A stretch of 64,000 nucleotides of DNA, from sequence record QB031382.1; one strand, given 5' to 3'. This DNA is from a phage. A model generated the notes under the pieces. That model was given only the letters and a program-made list of their open reading frames with translations, had not been told where the DNA came from and searched no databases. Below, piece by piece: positions 9,166 through 17,653 of this stretch. The first letter of the stretch is position 1; each line of letters begins with the position of its first letter. Position numbers and translations under genes: made by a program.

Positions 9166-9193
9166 TTGACACGCTGCAAAATTCAAGTAAACT
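9166..9193 (+). promoter_or_regulatory. sigma70-like promoter
   Basis: TTGACA 9166-9171, 16-bp spacer, TAAACT 9188-9193, preceded by A-tract. Confidence 0.5.
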
Positions 9194-9241
9194 AGACACA
9201 AAAGGCGGGAATGTTTCCCGCCAACACAAAGGAAAAAGATC

Positions 9242-9646
9242 ATGAATAAGAACGTACGCCGCATCATGAACGAGTTGGCAAACGATGAAAAAATTATTGA
9301 CATGCATTTGATCAACATTTGCCGCCGTTGTGTAACATATAACAACCGCGCCGCAAAAGCGCGTGAGATGAACGCAAAAGGCACCTTAAAGCCATTCCAG
9401 GTGGTGGTAAAGGCCATTAAAAATGTAACTAATACGGCAAACCAGGTACAGGGGAACACCAACGAGAGTACCAATATTGATCCGGCTTACATCATGAAAC
9501 GGATCCGGACCTGTAAGAACAAAGAGCAAGTGTATAATGTTATAGACTGGTTGGATTCTATGGGCGACGTGGTGTACAATAGATTCTCGGCAGCTATTGA
9601 GATCCAGCTTGACAGGTTGGACGGTAAAGTACTGAAAACTTATTAA
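9242..9646 (+). CDS. hypothetical protein
   Basis: Track ORF; RBS AAGGAAA upstream. Confidence 0.5.
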   Translation: MNKNVRRIMNELANDEKIIDMHLINICRRCVTYNNRAAKAREMNAKGTLKPFQVVVKAIKNVTNTANQVQGNTNESTNIDPAYIMKRIRTCKNKEQVYNVIDWLDSMGDVVYNRFSAAIEIQLDRLDGKVLKTY

Positions 9647-9694
9647 GTTTATTTTTAGATGGCCTTGACTCCAGGGCCATCAATAAAGTAAACT
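9645..9694 (+). promoter_or_regulatory. repeated promoter-hairpin module, copy 1
   Basis: AT-rich tract, then GATGGCC..GGCCATC inverted repeat containing TTGACT, then TAAACT; near-identical copies at 10266 and 13992. Confidence 0.55.
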
Positions 9695-9846
9695 AGTCTC
9701 AACTAAGCGAAAAAGGGGGCTTTAAGATGAGCACTACACGCCAATACACAAAGGTAACTATTATCGTTTGCGTTGTCGGTTACATCCTGGCGCAAATGTT
9801 AATGAGTAGCGCCAACAGTTTTGCAAAATTTTTCTTAAATTTTTAA

Positions 9847-9874
9847 TTGACAAGCTAACCCAAATCAGTATACT
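9847..9874 (+). promoter_or_regulatory. sigma70-like promoter
   Basis: TTGACA 9847-9852, 16-bp spacer, TATACT 9869-9874. Confidence 0.55.
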
Positions 9875-9925
9875 TAAACACGTAAACGGGAAAACTTCCC
9901 AGAACACACAAAAGGAGAAAACACC

Positions 9926-10267
9926 ATGACTACTATGACCGCCGCAGAAAAAGCTATGCAGATCGCCGCGCTGAAAAAACAGATCGCAGACCTTGAGAAC
10001 AAGATCGATAACTTTGAAATCGACGAGGACAAGTACGACGAAAACTATAATGAATGGCTAGACGAGATCCACGGCGAAATTATGATCGGTAACATTTCTT
10101 TTCTTCCGTCGCGTATCCTCAAGGAGTTAGATCCTATCGCTTACCGCTGCGGATTTAGCGACTACATCGACAGCCTGGGCATTGAGGACGACGAAGACTA
10201 TCAAGAATTGCAGACAGAGTTGGAAGAAATGAAAGAGGAGCTTTCAAAGCTGGAAGAAAACGAGTAA
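9926..10267 (+). CDS. hypothetical coiled-coil acidic protein
   Basis: Track ORF; RBS AAGGAGA upstream. Confidence 0.55.
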   Translation: MTTMTAAEKAMQIAALKKQIADLENKIDNFEIDEDKYDENYNEWLDEIHGEIMIGNISFLPSRILKELDPIAYRCGFSDYIDSLGIEDDEDYQELQTELEEMKEELSKLEENE

Positions 10268-10317
10268 AATTTATTTTTAGATGGCCTTGACCCCAGGGCC
10301 ATCAATAAAGTAAACTT
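10266..10317 (+). promoter_or_regulatory. repeated promoter-hairpin module, copy 2
   Basis: TTTATTTTTAGATGGCCTTGACCCCAGGGCCATCAATAAAGTAAACT, near-identical to copies 1 and 3. Confidence 0.55.
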
Positions 10318-10353
10318 TACACTGTTACACTGAACTAATGAGGAGTTAAAACT

Positions 10354-10599
10354 ATGGCAGCACTAATCACAAAATATTATGCGCCCACCAACACCAAAAG
10401 CGCCCGTATCATGGTAAAAGGTTTCGGACGTAAAAAGGTCTACACCTGGGACTATTCCCTAGATATGGAAGACAATTATACCAACGTAATGACTGATTTT
10501 ATTAATGATCTGAATAAACAGATCCTAACCGACTACAAAGTGACCGATATTGTTTACATAGGTGAAGGCGGGATCTGTTTTGTAGGCATTGTGAAATAG
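10354..10599 (+). CDS. hypothetical protein
   Basis: Track ORF; RBS GAGGAG upstream. Confidence 0.55.
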   Translation: MAALITKYYAPTNTKSARIMVKGFGRKKVYTWDYSLDMEDNYTNVMTDFINDLNKQILTDYKVTDIVYIGEGGICFVGIVK

Positions 10600-10675
10600 T
10601 TATTTTTTCGGTGGTCCTGGTTGCAGGGGCCATCTATAAAGATAATTTATTAACACCATGAAAGGAGAAAGTAAC

Positions 10676-11029
10676 ATGATCAGCGGGGCCAGTTTTATTA
10701 TCGGCGCTATTGCTACGGCTTTAATTGTAAACAAGATCCAGGATAAAAAGGAAAGAGGAAGTACCGCCCTTGCAGAATATCCATTTTGGACATTCAACGA
10801 TAACGAAGATTATATTATAAAGTATAAAAATAAAGAAGGCGACCAAGTAACACCGCGACCGATCCCGGCTTACAAAATGCAGGAAACACTATACCGCCTT
10901 GAGGCGGGCGGCGCAAAAATTGTTGACTTTTGGGGATACGACCACACAGATCAGGAAGTTATAAAGCGCCGTATCCGGGCTATTCAGGCCAATATTGAGG
11001 TTAGCAAGAGGGGAATATATGAAAATTAA
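10676..11029 (+). CDS. hypothetical membrane protein
   Basis: Track ORF 10658..11029 trimmed to ATG 10676 after AAGGAGA; N-terminal hydrophobic helix. Confidence 0.5.
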   Translation: MISGASFIIGAIATALIVNKIQDKKERGSTALAEYPFWTFNDNEDYIIKYKNKEGDQVTPRPIPAYKMQETLYRLEAGGAKIVDFWGYDHTDQEVIKRRIRAIQANIEVSKRGIYEN

Positions 11030-11216
11030 TTTCGAGAAAATTGTAAAGCGCCCTCATGATTCCGAAGAGTTGCCAGAACGCCGCCAGCGCAACAATAAGC
11101 TGAATAAGCCAAAAAGGTTTGGGAAGATCTGGCGTAATCATTATGATCGTAAATTGCCCGGCCTACTTTTGGAACGTGAACGACAGGCAGAACGCTACCG
11201 CCATAAAGACAAATAA
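11019..11216 (+). CDS. hypothetical basic protein
   Basis: Track ORF 10995..11216 trimmed to ATG 11019; overlaps previous gene end. Confidence 0.45.
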   Translation: MKINFEKIVKRPHDSEELPERRQRNNKLNKPKRFGKIWRNHYDRKLPGLLLERERQAERYRHKDK

Positions 11217-11224
11217 CAACCAAC

Positions 11225-11253
11225 GCCCCGCCATTGTGCGGGGCTTTTTATTT
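11225..11253 (+). terminator. rho-independent terminator
   Basis: GCCCCGC-CATTGT-GCGGGGC hairpin followed by TTTTTATTT. Confidence 0.8.
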
Positions 11254-11373
11254 CTATCCTACGAATAGCGCCCCTGGTTGGCCCTGTAAGCGCCAAAAAG
11301 GCCCCCACCTATGCAATCGCCCCTTTAACCTGAAAACATCGCCCAGGGCCGTCCTATGGCGTTAAAAATATCA

Positions 11374-11401
11374 TTGACATCGTCAACAGGTTAGCTATAC
11401 T
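11374..11401 (+). promoter_or_regulatory. sigma70-like promoter
   Basis: TTGACA 11374-11379, 16-bp spacer, TATACT 11396-11401. Confidence 0.6.
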
Positions 11402-11433
11402 AACCACATCAAAGAGAGAAAGGAGTAAACGCC

Positions 11434-11694
11434 ATGCGTAAATTAAAAAATTTTGATAAAGTTGATGTTATCCTGAATAATTTTTACTACTGCAACAATA
11501 AAGCTATCTGGTGGCGGGATAGTTCCACCGATAAAGTCAAAGCGCGCTTTCTTCAAGGGCACTGGCAAGGCCGCCCAGTGATTAAAATCATGGGGCAATT
11601 GGTAGCGTTTAAAAATTGCCGCCGCGTTGATGACGTTGAGGAGATTTTAAACATTTTGCGCCACAATAATTTAAAAAATAGTGTTGACAAGTAG
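11434..11694 (+). CDS. hypothetical protein
   Basis: Track ORF; RBS AAGGAG upstream. Confidence 0.55.
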   Translation: MRKLKNFDKVDVILNNFYYCNNKAIWWRDSSTDKVKARFLQGHWQGRPVIKIMGQLVAFKNCRRVDDVEEILNILRHNNLKNSVDK

Positions 11695-11711
11695 ATCTCA
11701 ATAAGTATAAT
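11684..11711 (+). promoter_or_regulatory. sigma70-like promoter
   Basis: TTGACA 11684-11689, 16-bp spacer, TATAAT 11706-11711. Confidence 0.65.
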
Positions 11712-11768
11712 TAAACACACAGGCGGGAAAACTTCCCGCCACTAACAAAGAAAACAGGAGAAAATATC

Positions 11769-12392
11769 ATGACCACCGTTAACATTACCACAGGTTACAA
11801 TTTATCTTTCGACGTGCTGACCGACGAACAAAAAGAAAAAGCCATTGAAATGGTCCGCGAAAGAGAAGAACGTAGCGGGGACGATTTTTTCGCAGAAAAT
11901 GTAATTGAATACTATAAAGAACAAGTTTTTCCAGAGTACGGCCTTGAGGATACCGAAGTACATTGGTCCGGCTTTTGGTGTCAAGGCGATGGCGCATCGA
12001 TCAGTGCTGAAAATGTAGACTTAGAAAAATTCTTGCGTAAAGTCAAGGCCCTGACCAAGTTCAGATCAATTCGTCACTTGTTCGGCACAATGCACGATGG
12101 CGAACTATCCGCCAGTGTTGAACGCGACAAGTACAGCCATTACAGCCATGAAAACACTATAAGCGGGTACATTGATACCACTTGGATAGATCTGACCGCC
12201 AAACAAGAAAACAAAGTGGAAGACCTGGAAGAATTGATCACCGAGACGGTACGGGAGCTATCCCGCAAGGTTTACGTAGACCTTGAGGAGGCCTATCTAG
12301 AACAGTTCACCGCAGAAAACCTGATCGGCCTTATTCAGGCCAATGATTGGCGGTTTGATGTCGATGAATATGGTGAGATGACTTTTTCATAA
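11769..12392 (+). CDS. hypothetical protein
   Basis: Track ORF; RBS AGGAGA upstream. Confidence 0.55.
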   Translation: MTTVNITTGYNLSFDVLTDEQKEKAIEMVREREERSGDDFFAENVIEYYKEQVFPEYGLEDTEVHWSGFWCQGDGASISAENVDLEKFLRKVKALTKFRSIRHLFGTMHDGELSASVERDKYSHYSHENTISGYIDTTWIDLTAKQENKVEDLEELITETVRELSRKVYVDLEEAYLEQFTAENLIGLIQANDWRFDVDEYGEMTFS

Positions 12393-12485
12393 ATAAAGTG
12401 TTGCAATAACCTAAAAACCTGCTATATTAAAACTCAAGGGGGGCAAGACATTTGCCCGCCAACACAAAACAAAGAGGATAACATC

Positions 12486-12866
12486 ATGAAAAATACTACT
12501 AAGGCTATTGACACCGTTATGTTTAACCTGGTTACACTCCGTGAAGATATGAAAGATCTTCCGCGTGAAACAGTGTGCGACCATATCGAAAACTATCGCA
12601 AACTAATCAAAGAGTTGCCATTAAAACGAGATCAGTACGCGGCTAACGCTATGCTAAACGCCATGATCAAAAAGATGATCCAGTGTGATCTAACCCTGGC
12701 CTATGATTATGCAGGCGGTCGTTTTGCAGTATACAATCAGCCCGTGCCTGGTATGAGCACCACCGAAGAATTGCACGCGCTCAATCTAAAACAGGACGTG
12801 TGGGATAGTATGCCTCGCGTGGTGGTATGGGTAGAAAGCGGGAAGATTTACGGCGATAATTTTTAA
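12486..12866 (+). CDS. hypothetical protein
   Basis: Track ORF; RBS AGAGGA upstream. Confidence 0.55.
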   Translation: MKNTTKAIDTVMFNLVTLREDMKDLPRETVCDHIENYRKLIKELPLKRDQYAANAMLNAMIKKMIQCDLTLAYDYAGGRFAVYNQPVPGMSTTEELHALNLKQDVWDSMPRVVVWVESGKIYGDNF

Positions 12867-12876
12867 TCAGGTAGCA

Positions 12877-12902
12877 GGCGGCATAATTGCCGCCTTATTG
12901 TT
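12877..12902 (+). terminator. rho-independent terminator
   Basis: GGCGGC-ATAATT-GCCGCC hairpin followed by TTATTGTT. Confidence 0.65.
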
Positions 12903-12930
12903 GATCAGAACTGCAAAAGGGGTACATAGA

Positions 12931-13302
12931 ATGGAATTTATTATTTTGGCCGTATTGGTTGCCTTATTTAACGCCTGGATCGCTGGCAAGATGGGAAGAT
13001 CCGCCTTTTTATGGTTTATTATATCTATTTTCCTGGGGGTGGTTGCAACTATTGTACTGGTTATCCTTGCAATTGTTGACAAGGGGAATAATAGAAAGGG
13101 TAAAGTATTTTCAGACCTGTACGACGCTCAAACGTTTGTCAACGCCTATTACAGCGATCTTCCAGTCTCCCTACGTTGCAGCCTTGCACAACAGGTTTTT
13201 GATGAGGCTAAAACCAGAGATCACGCCCATGAGATTTGTTTAACTGAGGCGGATCGCTTATTTGAGAGGAATAGAAAATATGTGGGCCAGCCGTTTAAAT
13301 AA
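12931..13302 (+). CDS. hypothetical membrane protein
   Basis: Track ORF 12898..13302 trimmed to ATG 12931 after AAAGGGG; two hydrophobic helices. Confidence 0.5.
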   Translation: MEFIILAVLVALFNAWIAGKMGRSAFLWFIISIFLGVVATIVLVILAIVDKGNNRKGKVFSDLYDAQTFVNAYYSDLPVSLRCSLAQQVFDEAKTRDHAHEICLTEADRLFERNRKYVGQPFK

Positions 13303-13521
13303 TACCACGTTAATTAATCCATTTAGTGAAGATTTGAGGCCAGCCGCCTGGCGGAATGGATTCAATAACGAAAAATTTACTTTTAGGCCTGATCTTGAGG
13401 AATTTTATAACAATGGATCGAACAACGACAGAAATAATTTTTCTCGTAATGTGCGTGGCGATAATACTCCTGGGGGCCATTGTAAACCACGTCACTGCTA
13501 ACAGGAGGAAAGGGGGAGACG

Positions 13522-13641
13522 ATGACAACCAAGGATAAGCCCAGCACCGACAAGGCGCGCCGCGTTATGGTATGGCTTGAGATTATCGCCCTTGAAATAT
13601 TGTTAGGCGTAGGGATGTATTTTATCGCCGTACGTACCTGA
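13522..13641 (+). CDS. small hydrophobic protein, 39 aa, absent from track
   Basis: ATG 13522 preceded by AGGAGGAAAGGGGGAG; hand translation MTTKDKPSTDKARRVMVWLEIIALEILLGVGMYFIAVRT. Confidence 0.45.
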   Translation: MTTKDKPSTDKARRVMVWLEIIALEILLGVGMYFIAVRT

Positions 13642-13645
13642 TAAC

Positions 13646-13677
13646 GGCCCCCGATCCCTGGGGGCCTGACTTTTTTC
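13646..13677 (+). terminator. rho-independent terminator
   Basis: GGCCCCC-loop-GGGGGCC hairpin followed by TTTTTTC. Confidence 0.65.
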
Positions 13678-13705
13678 AAAAAAAAAAATTTTTTCTTCCG
13701 GGGTG

Positions 13706-13734
13706 TTGCAATCCGGTCCGGAATATGGATAATA
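13706..13734 (+). promoter_or_regulatory. promoter, family 2
   Basis: TTGCAA then conserved AATATGGATAATA; same architecture at 14524-14552. Confidence 0.45.
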
Positions 13735-13792
13735 ACAATCAACGGGGAGACACTCCCCACCACACAGACAAAGTTCCAAAAGGAGAAACAAA

Positions 13793-13993
13793 ATGAGCAA
13801 CAATATCCGCGTTATTAACTTCAAAAAAGAAGAAAAAATAGCTGTGCTGGTTGATGGTCAAGAAATATTCAAGGGGTATTACGAAGATCATCAGGCGGCG
13901 ATCAGTATTACCCGCGTAATTGGTTACCATAATTTTTACCCTCAAGGCGCTGAGGCAGCAGTAAAACGAATTAAGGAGATTGTAGGCCTGTAA
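13793..13993 (+). CDS. hypothetical protein
   Basis: Track ORF; RBS AAGGAGA upstream. Confidence 0.55.
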   Translation: MSNNIRVINFKKEEKIAVLVDGQEIFKGYYEDHQAAISITRVIGYHNFYPQGAEAAVKRIKEIVGL

Positions 13994-14043
13994 AATTTAT
14001 TTTTAGATGGCCTTGACCCCAGGGCCATCAAATAAAGTAAATT
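13992..14043 (+). promoter_or_regulatory. repeated promoter-hairpin module, copy 3
   Basis: TTTATTTTTAGATGGCCTTGACCCCAGGGCCATCAAATAAAGTAAAT. Confidence 0.55.
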
Positions 14044-14085
14044 TAAAACCTGTTAAAATAATCAGTGCAAAAAGGAGAAATGATC

Positions 14086-14385
14086 ATGTTTATACCCGCC
14101 AATGATCTTTATTTCTTTGATGGTCAGATCGTAGACGGCGTGGAAGTTGAGATCGCTGGATGTAAAGGCGGCCAGGTAATGATCTTCCGCAATAGTGCCT
14201 TTAACGATCATTTTATTACAATGACTGTGGAAGTTAAAAAGCTGGATGATAAGAAAACACTCATTGACTATTCCGTGAAAGATCATCCAGACTACCACAT
14301 GATCTATGGTGATTTGTGCATTGTTGACCGTGACAAGGTGGGCGGCATTGTGATCGCTATTGTGAACGATGTTTTCTCTGAATAA
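14086..14385 (+). CDS. hypothetical protein
   Basis: Track ORF 14065..14385 trimmed to ATG 14086, best spaced from AAGGAG. Confidence 0.5.
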   Translation: MFIPANDLYFFDGQIVDGVEVEIAGCKGGQVMIFRNSAFNDHFITMTVEVKKLDDKKTLIDYSVKDHPDYHMIYGDLCIVDRDKVGGIVIAIVNDVFSE

Positions 14386-14523
14386 TTCCGGCAAATGATG
14401 CAAAATAAGGCCCATGGCAGGGCCTGCAGCGATATAATCACACAAAGGCTATGCAGTTGCATGGCCTTTTTATTTTAGCGCTACAGCGGCCCCCAAGGCG
14501 TTTAAAAAATTTTTAAAAAGTAC

Positions 14524-14552
14524 TTGCATCAAGTCCGACAATATGGATAATA
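14524..14552 (+). promoter_or_regulatory. promoter, family 2
   Basis: TTGCAT then AATATGGATAATA. Confidence 0.45.
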
Positions 14553-14610
14553 GGACTTATCAGGGGGGGGCGGCCCCCAATCATTAACCGGATAGATGGG
14601 AGTTAAAATC

Positions 14611-14895
14611 ATGGCTATTGTTACCGTGGGCGATGTAGTAGAAATGGAAGCAAAATACTTAAAAGCGGGTATGCATATCCTACGCAACGATCTTGAACTA
14701 GTCCTGACAATGGTCGACTATAATCCCGGTCAGGATTATCCAAGCATCGACTACTTTTTCCAGTATGTTGACGAAGAATTAAAAGAAGATGACGCTTATC
14801 GTGGTGAATTTTGCAATTTCTTTTGCCCTGATGAGGTTGTAAAAGTTATCTATCAACCTGGCGTACCTTTCCCGTTGCACGCCATCAATAAATAA
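14611..14895 (+). CDS. hypothetical protein
   Basis: Track ORF 14596..14895 trimmed to ATG 14611 after GGGAG. Confidence 0.5.
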   Translation: MAIVTVGDVVEMEAKYLKAGMHILRNDLELVLTMVDYNPGQDYPSIDYFFQYVDEELKEDDAYRGEFCNFFCPDEVVKVIYQPGVPFPLHAINK

Positions 14896-15020
14896 GCCTG
14901 GCGGGGCCGAAAAAGGCCCCTCCTGAAACTATGAAAAAATAAAGATAGGTGAATCATCATGATGGAACAAATTAAACGCGCTGAGGCTATTAATGGCAAT
15001 GATGCCGCCAACATGACAGA

Positions 15021-15284
15021 ATGAAAAACATCATTTACAGATTGACAAAACGCAACATCATGATCGCCACCGTGATCGCTTGCCTTTTCGCTTTCGTGAG
15101 TAACGCAACGTTTAACGCCGTGGGCCGGGTGGTGTTTAATGCTGGCAGTGTTTCAACAGCTAACACAATAATCGATTGTTTGCAACTTTTCTTTTATGTT
15201 GCCTTTCGTTTAAAAATAGCTTGCAAGGTAGACCGTTTTGATTTACCTTTTATTTGTGGCGGCGTGATCGCTATCGTATGCTAA
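15021..15284 (+). CDS. hypothetical membrane protein
   Basis: Track ORF; hydrophobic segments. Confidence 0.45.
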   Translation: MKNIIYRLTKRNIMIATVIACLFAFVSNATFNAVGRVVFNAGSVSTANTIIDCLQLFFYVAFRLKIACKVDRFDLPFICGGVIAIVC

Positions 15285-15356
15285 CAGAGGATCAGAAGAA
15301 AAGTGTACGACATAGGGCGGGGCAATAAGGCAACGCCCATTAATGAGGGTGGAATC

Positions 15357-15461
15357 ATGTTAGAAAAAATTTTCACGGTTGTAGTAGTTGGCATGGCATT
15401 ATCGGTTGGAGTGGTTGCAACTATGGCTAACATGATCCTATCTTCCCACGGTATCGGGTAA
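15357..15461 (+). CDS. small hydrophobic protein, 34 aa, absent from track
   Basis: ATG 15357 after GAGGGTGG; hand translation MLEKIFTVVVVGMALSVGVVATMANMILSSHGIG. Confidence 0.4.
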   Translation: MLEKIFTVVVVGMALSVGVVATMANMILSSHGIG

Positions 15462-15471
15462 GGTGAAACAA

Positions 15472-15630
15472 ATGATCACGAACAAAACAGGAAAAACGGA
15501 ATTTTTACGCGGCTTGCAAATAGGTAAGCCTGAGATCTGGTATTGCACTAAAACACCACGTGACGAAATGAAAGATTTTACCGCCACGCTGAAGCGGGTA
15601 AAGATATCTATCACGCAGAAAAAGCCTTGA
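15472..15630 (+). CDS. small protein, 52 aa, absent from track
   Basis: ATG 15472 after AAGGTGA; hand-translated open frame to TGA 15628-15630. Confidence 0.4.
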   Translation: MITNKTGKTEFLRGLQIGKPEIWYCTKTPRDEMKDFTATLKRVKISITQKKP

Positions 15631-15776
15631 TAGTGGTGGAAGGTGAGATCCCTCAAGCCGTTGTTATAGTTGAGCGTACAGCATAGTTTAATCTATACCG
15701 TACGCCCCATTAACTAACAAAGCATAAGCAGGCGGCGGTGACCGCCTTGAACGCAACAGAAAGAGAATAGAAAAGC

Positions 15777-15911
15777 ATGAGAAAGGTAATTATCACCATA
15801 GGGATCGTGGCGGCAATGTTGGCGATCTTTCCCTTTATGGTTAGGTATGTGCTGATCAGTATTGTCCTGATAGTCAGTGGTCTATTGGAAACGGTTGGCA
15901 ACTGGTTTTAA
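15777..15911 (+). CDS. small hydrophobic protein, 44 aa, absent from track
   Basis: ATG 15777 after AAAGAGAA; followed by terminator hairpin. Confidence 0.4.
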   Translation: MRKVIITIGIVAAMLAIFPFMVRYVLISIVLIVSGLLETVGNWF

Positions 15912-15919
15912 GATAATAA

Positions 15920-15948
15920 ACAGGGCTTGCAATGGTCCTGTTTTTTGT
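15920..15948 (+). terminator. rho-independent terminator
   Basis: ACAGG-loop-CCTGT hairpin followed by TTTTTTGTT. Confidence 0.5.
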
Positions 15949-15982
15949 TATACTTATCTCACGGGTGGCACCTGGCGACGGG

Positions 15983-16011
15983 GGGAGACAATCACCGGGG
16001 GTGCCCGTTAT
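15983..16011. repeat. 29-bp inverted-repeat arm B, partner at 7875..7903
   Basis: GGGAGACAATCACCGGGGGTGCCCGTTAT, exact reverse complement of arm A. Confidence 0.85.
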
Positions 16012-16030
16012 ATAAAAACTATAAAAACAG

Positions 16031-16059
16031 TTGACATCTGCCAGGTGGTTAGGTAACAT
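16031..16059 (+). promoter_or_regulatory. sigma70-like promoter
   Basis: TTGACA 16031-16036, 17-bp spacer, TAACAT 16054-16059. Confidence 0.5.
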
Positions 16060-16113
16060 TTATCTTGAAGGGGCAAAAGTGCCCACACAACAACCAGAAG
16101 AGAGGAAAACATT

Positions 16114-16386
16114 ATGTCAAGCTGGATTAATCAAAAAGTTGAATCACGTTTTAATGCTATCTGGGATCTCATCGAAAAAGAGGACGGAACATCAAGCCCT
16201 TACCTCAATAATCTTGAATTCCATTTTGTGGAAGCGATGAACGCAGAACATGATCACAAAGGTGGCGCGGATGAGTTCGCTCAAGGGTATGGCTTCAACA
16301 ATGCCAACGAAATGATTGAAGCGGTTGTACTTCAGGCTGAGGAAGATTATCAATTAAAAACACTTGAATTTTGCCGCCGTAAGTAA
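16114..16386 (+). CDS. hypothetical protein
   Basis: Track ORF; RBS AGAGGAAAA upstream. Confidence 0.55.
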   Translation: MSSWINQKVESRFNAIWDLIEKEDGTSSPYLNNLEFHFVEAMNAEHDHKGGADEFAQGYGFNNANEMIEAVVLQAEEDYQLKTLEFCRRK

Positions 16387-16447
16387 TAAGATAATGACAC
16401 GGGCCAAAAGGCCCACCAAACCAGAACCCCATAAAGAGGAAAACATC

Positions 16448-16711
16448 ATGAAACGCCTTGATCAGCTCAAACTAGTTCAGTACATGGCCTACAAAGTTAT
16501 TGAAGTCCAAAAAGGTAGTAAAAAGGAGGTTTGCGAGAAAGCGTATAAGATCTTTACTCGTAAAAAAGATGATTGGATGTTACGCCAGACCAAAAAGGCT
16601 GATATCCTGGGGTACCTGGAAGAAGAGATCCGGCTTGAAGAGCAAGAAGAGATCCGCCGCAGTGAGGCAGATTATCAGGCAGCTTGGGAAAGCTGGATGA
16701 GAAACAAATAA
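16448..16711 (+). CDS. hypothetical protein
   Basis: Track ORF 16364..16711 trimmed to ATG 16448 after AAGAGGAAAA. Confidence 0.5.
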   Translation: MKRLDQLKLVQYMAYKVIEVQKGSKKEVCEKAYKIFTRKKDDWMLRQTKKADILGYLEEEIRLEEQEEIRRSEADYQAAWESWMRNK

Positions 16712-16723
16712 TAAACATTATCA

Positions 16724-16752
16724 AGGGGCTTAGGCCCCTTTCTTTTTGTTTG
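16724..16752 (+). terminator. rho-independent terminator, end of + block
   Basis: AGGGGC-TTAG-GCCCCT hairpin followed by TTCTTTTTGTTTG. Confidence 0.8.
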
Positions 16753-17364
16753 CTCTTTTCCTACCATAAACGGCCCTACCTGGCAAGTGGAATAATTGAC
16801 GAGCCATTAATCCCGCACACTGTACAAATATACATATAAAATAACTATTGCATAATCTTTCATCTTGTGGTAGCAGGGTCATTTTTACACGTTTTTCCTT
16901 CCAAAAATGCACGTAATGCAGCTATTGCACAAAATTTAACCTGATGCACATTTTCAGCATACTGTCAACAATTAAAAACCCTTATAAATCATACACTTAC
17001 ACAAACCAAAAAGCGTGTCCTACGTGAAAAATCGGGTGTAACTATAGCCGACAGATCTCAGAATCCACGTACGATCACCATTCTATAGCCTGCTAAGTAT
17101 TTATTCCAACCACAGAATAACGGAATAGTCAATACCTGTACAAAATAATTATTCGTATAAACTGCATAACATAAATTTTCTCATGTGTAAACATTTTTCG
17201 TAAACAGTCCGAAATTGTCACGATAGGTTACTATAATCAGAGAAATCTTTAGTCGTCTAATGTTTACTGCACATAACTATACTGACTGGAATCATTAGAT
17301 GACTAAGAGAAAGATAAGAAATAGTTAACAATGTAATTGTTTTACCTGTAACAATAAGGCAACT

Positions 17365-17642
17365 ATGCAAACGAATGTCATGGCGCGACGGAGTCGCGAC
17401 ATAATATAAAAGCAGTAACCATCACCCCCGTGATAGTTTATCTGCAAACTATTGATCAGATCATAGTTGCCTTAGATTTAGTTAATCATGACATAATAAG
17501 CAAGGCAACTATAGATCTGATAATAGTTGCCCTGCTTTTATATTATGTCATATATTATTAACCTGTTAATTGTCAGCTTATTGGCTGTTAGCTTGTCAAT
17601 TGTTAACTTGTTAATTGTTATCATGCAAACGAATGTCATGGC
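17365..17642. repeat. composite repeat element: 20-bp direct repeats flanking an 18-bp inverted-repeat pair
   Basis: ATGCAAACGAATGTCATGGC at 17365-17384 and 17623-17642; GACATAATATAAAAGCAG 17398-17415 is the reverse complement of 17532-17549; interior has repeated GGCAACTAT/ATAGTTGCC and a TGATCAGATCA palindrome. Confidence 0.8.
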
Positions 17643-17653
17643 TTATCATCTTT

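Noticed and set aside
13262-13538. Overlapping track ORFs 13262..13501 and 13356..13538
   Set aside because: Two frames compete and neither has a clear RBS; only the downstream RBS-supported small ORF 13522..13641 was kept.
1775-16059. Minus-strand track ORFs inside the + strand early block (for example 1775..2116, 3317..3712, 4503..4895, 8678..9004, 9163..9474, 13383..13763, 14062..14445, 15438..15656, 15710..15901, 15874..16059)
   Set aside because: Antisense to RBS-supported + strand genes and to promoters and terminators; no RBS of their own; 15874..16059 merely reads through the inverted-repeat arm.
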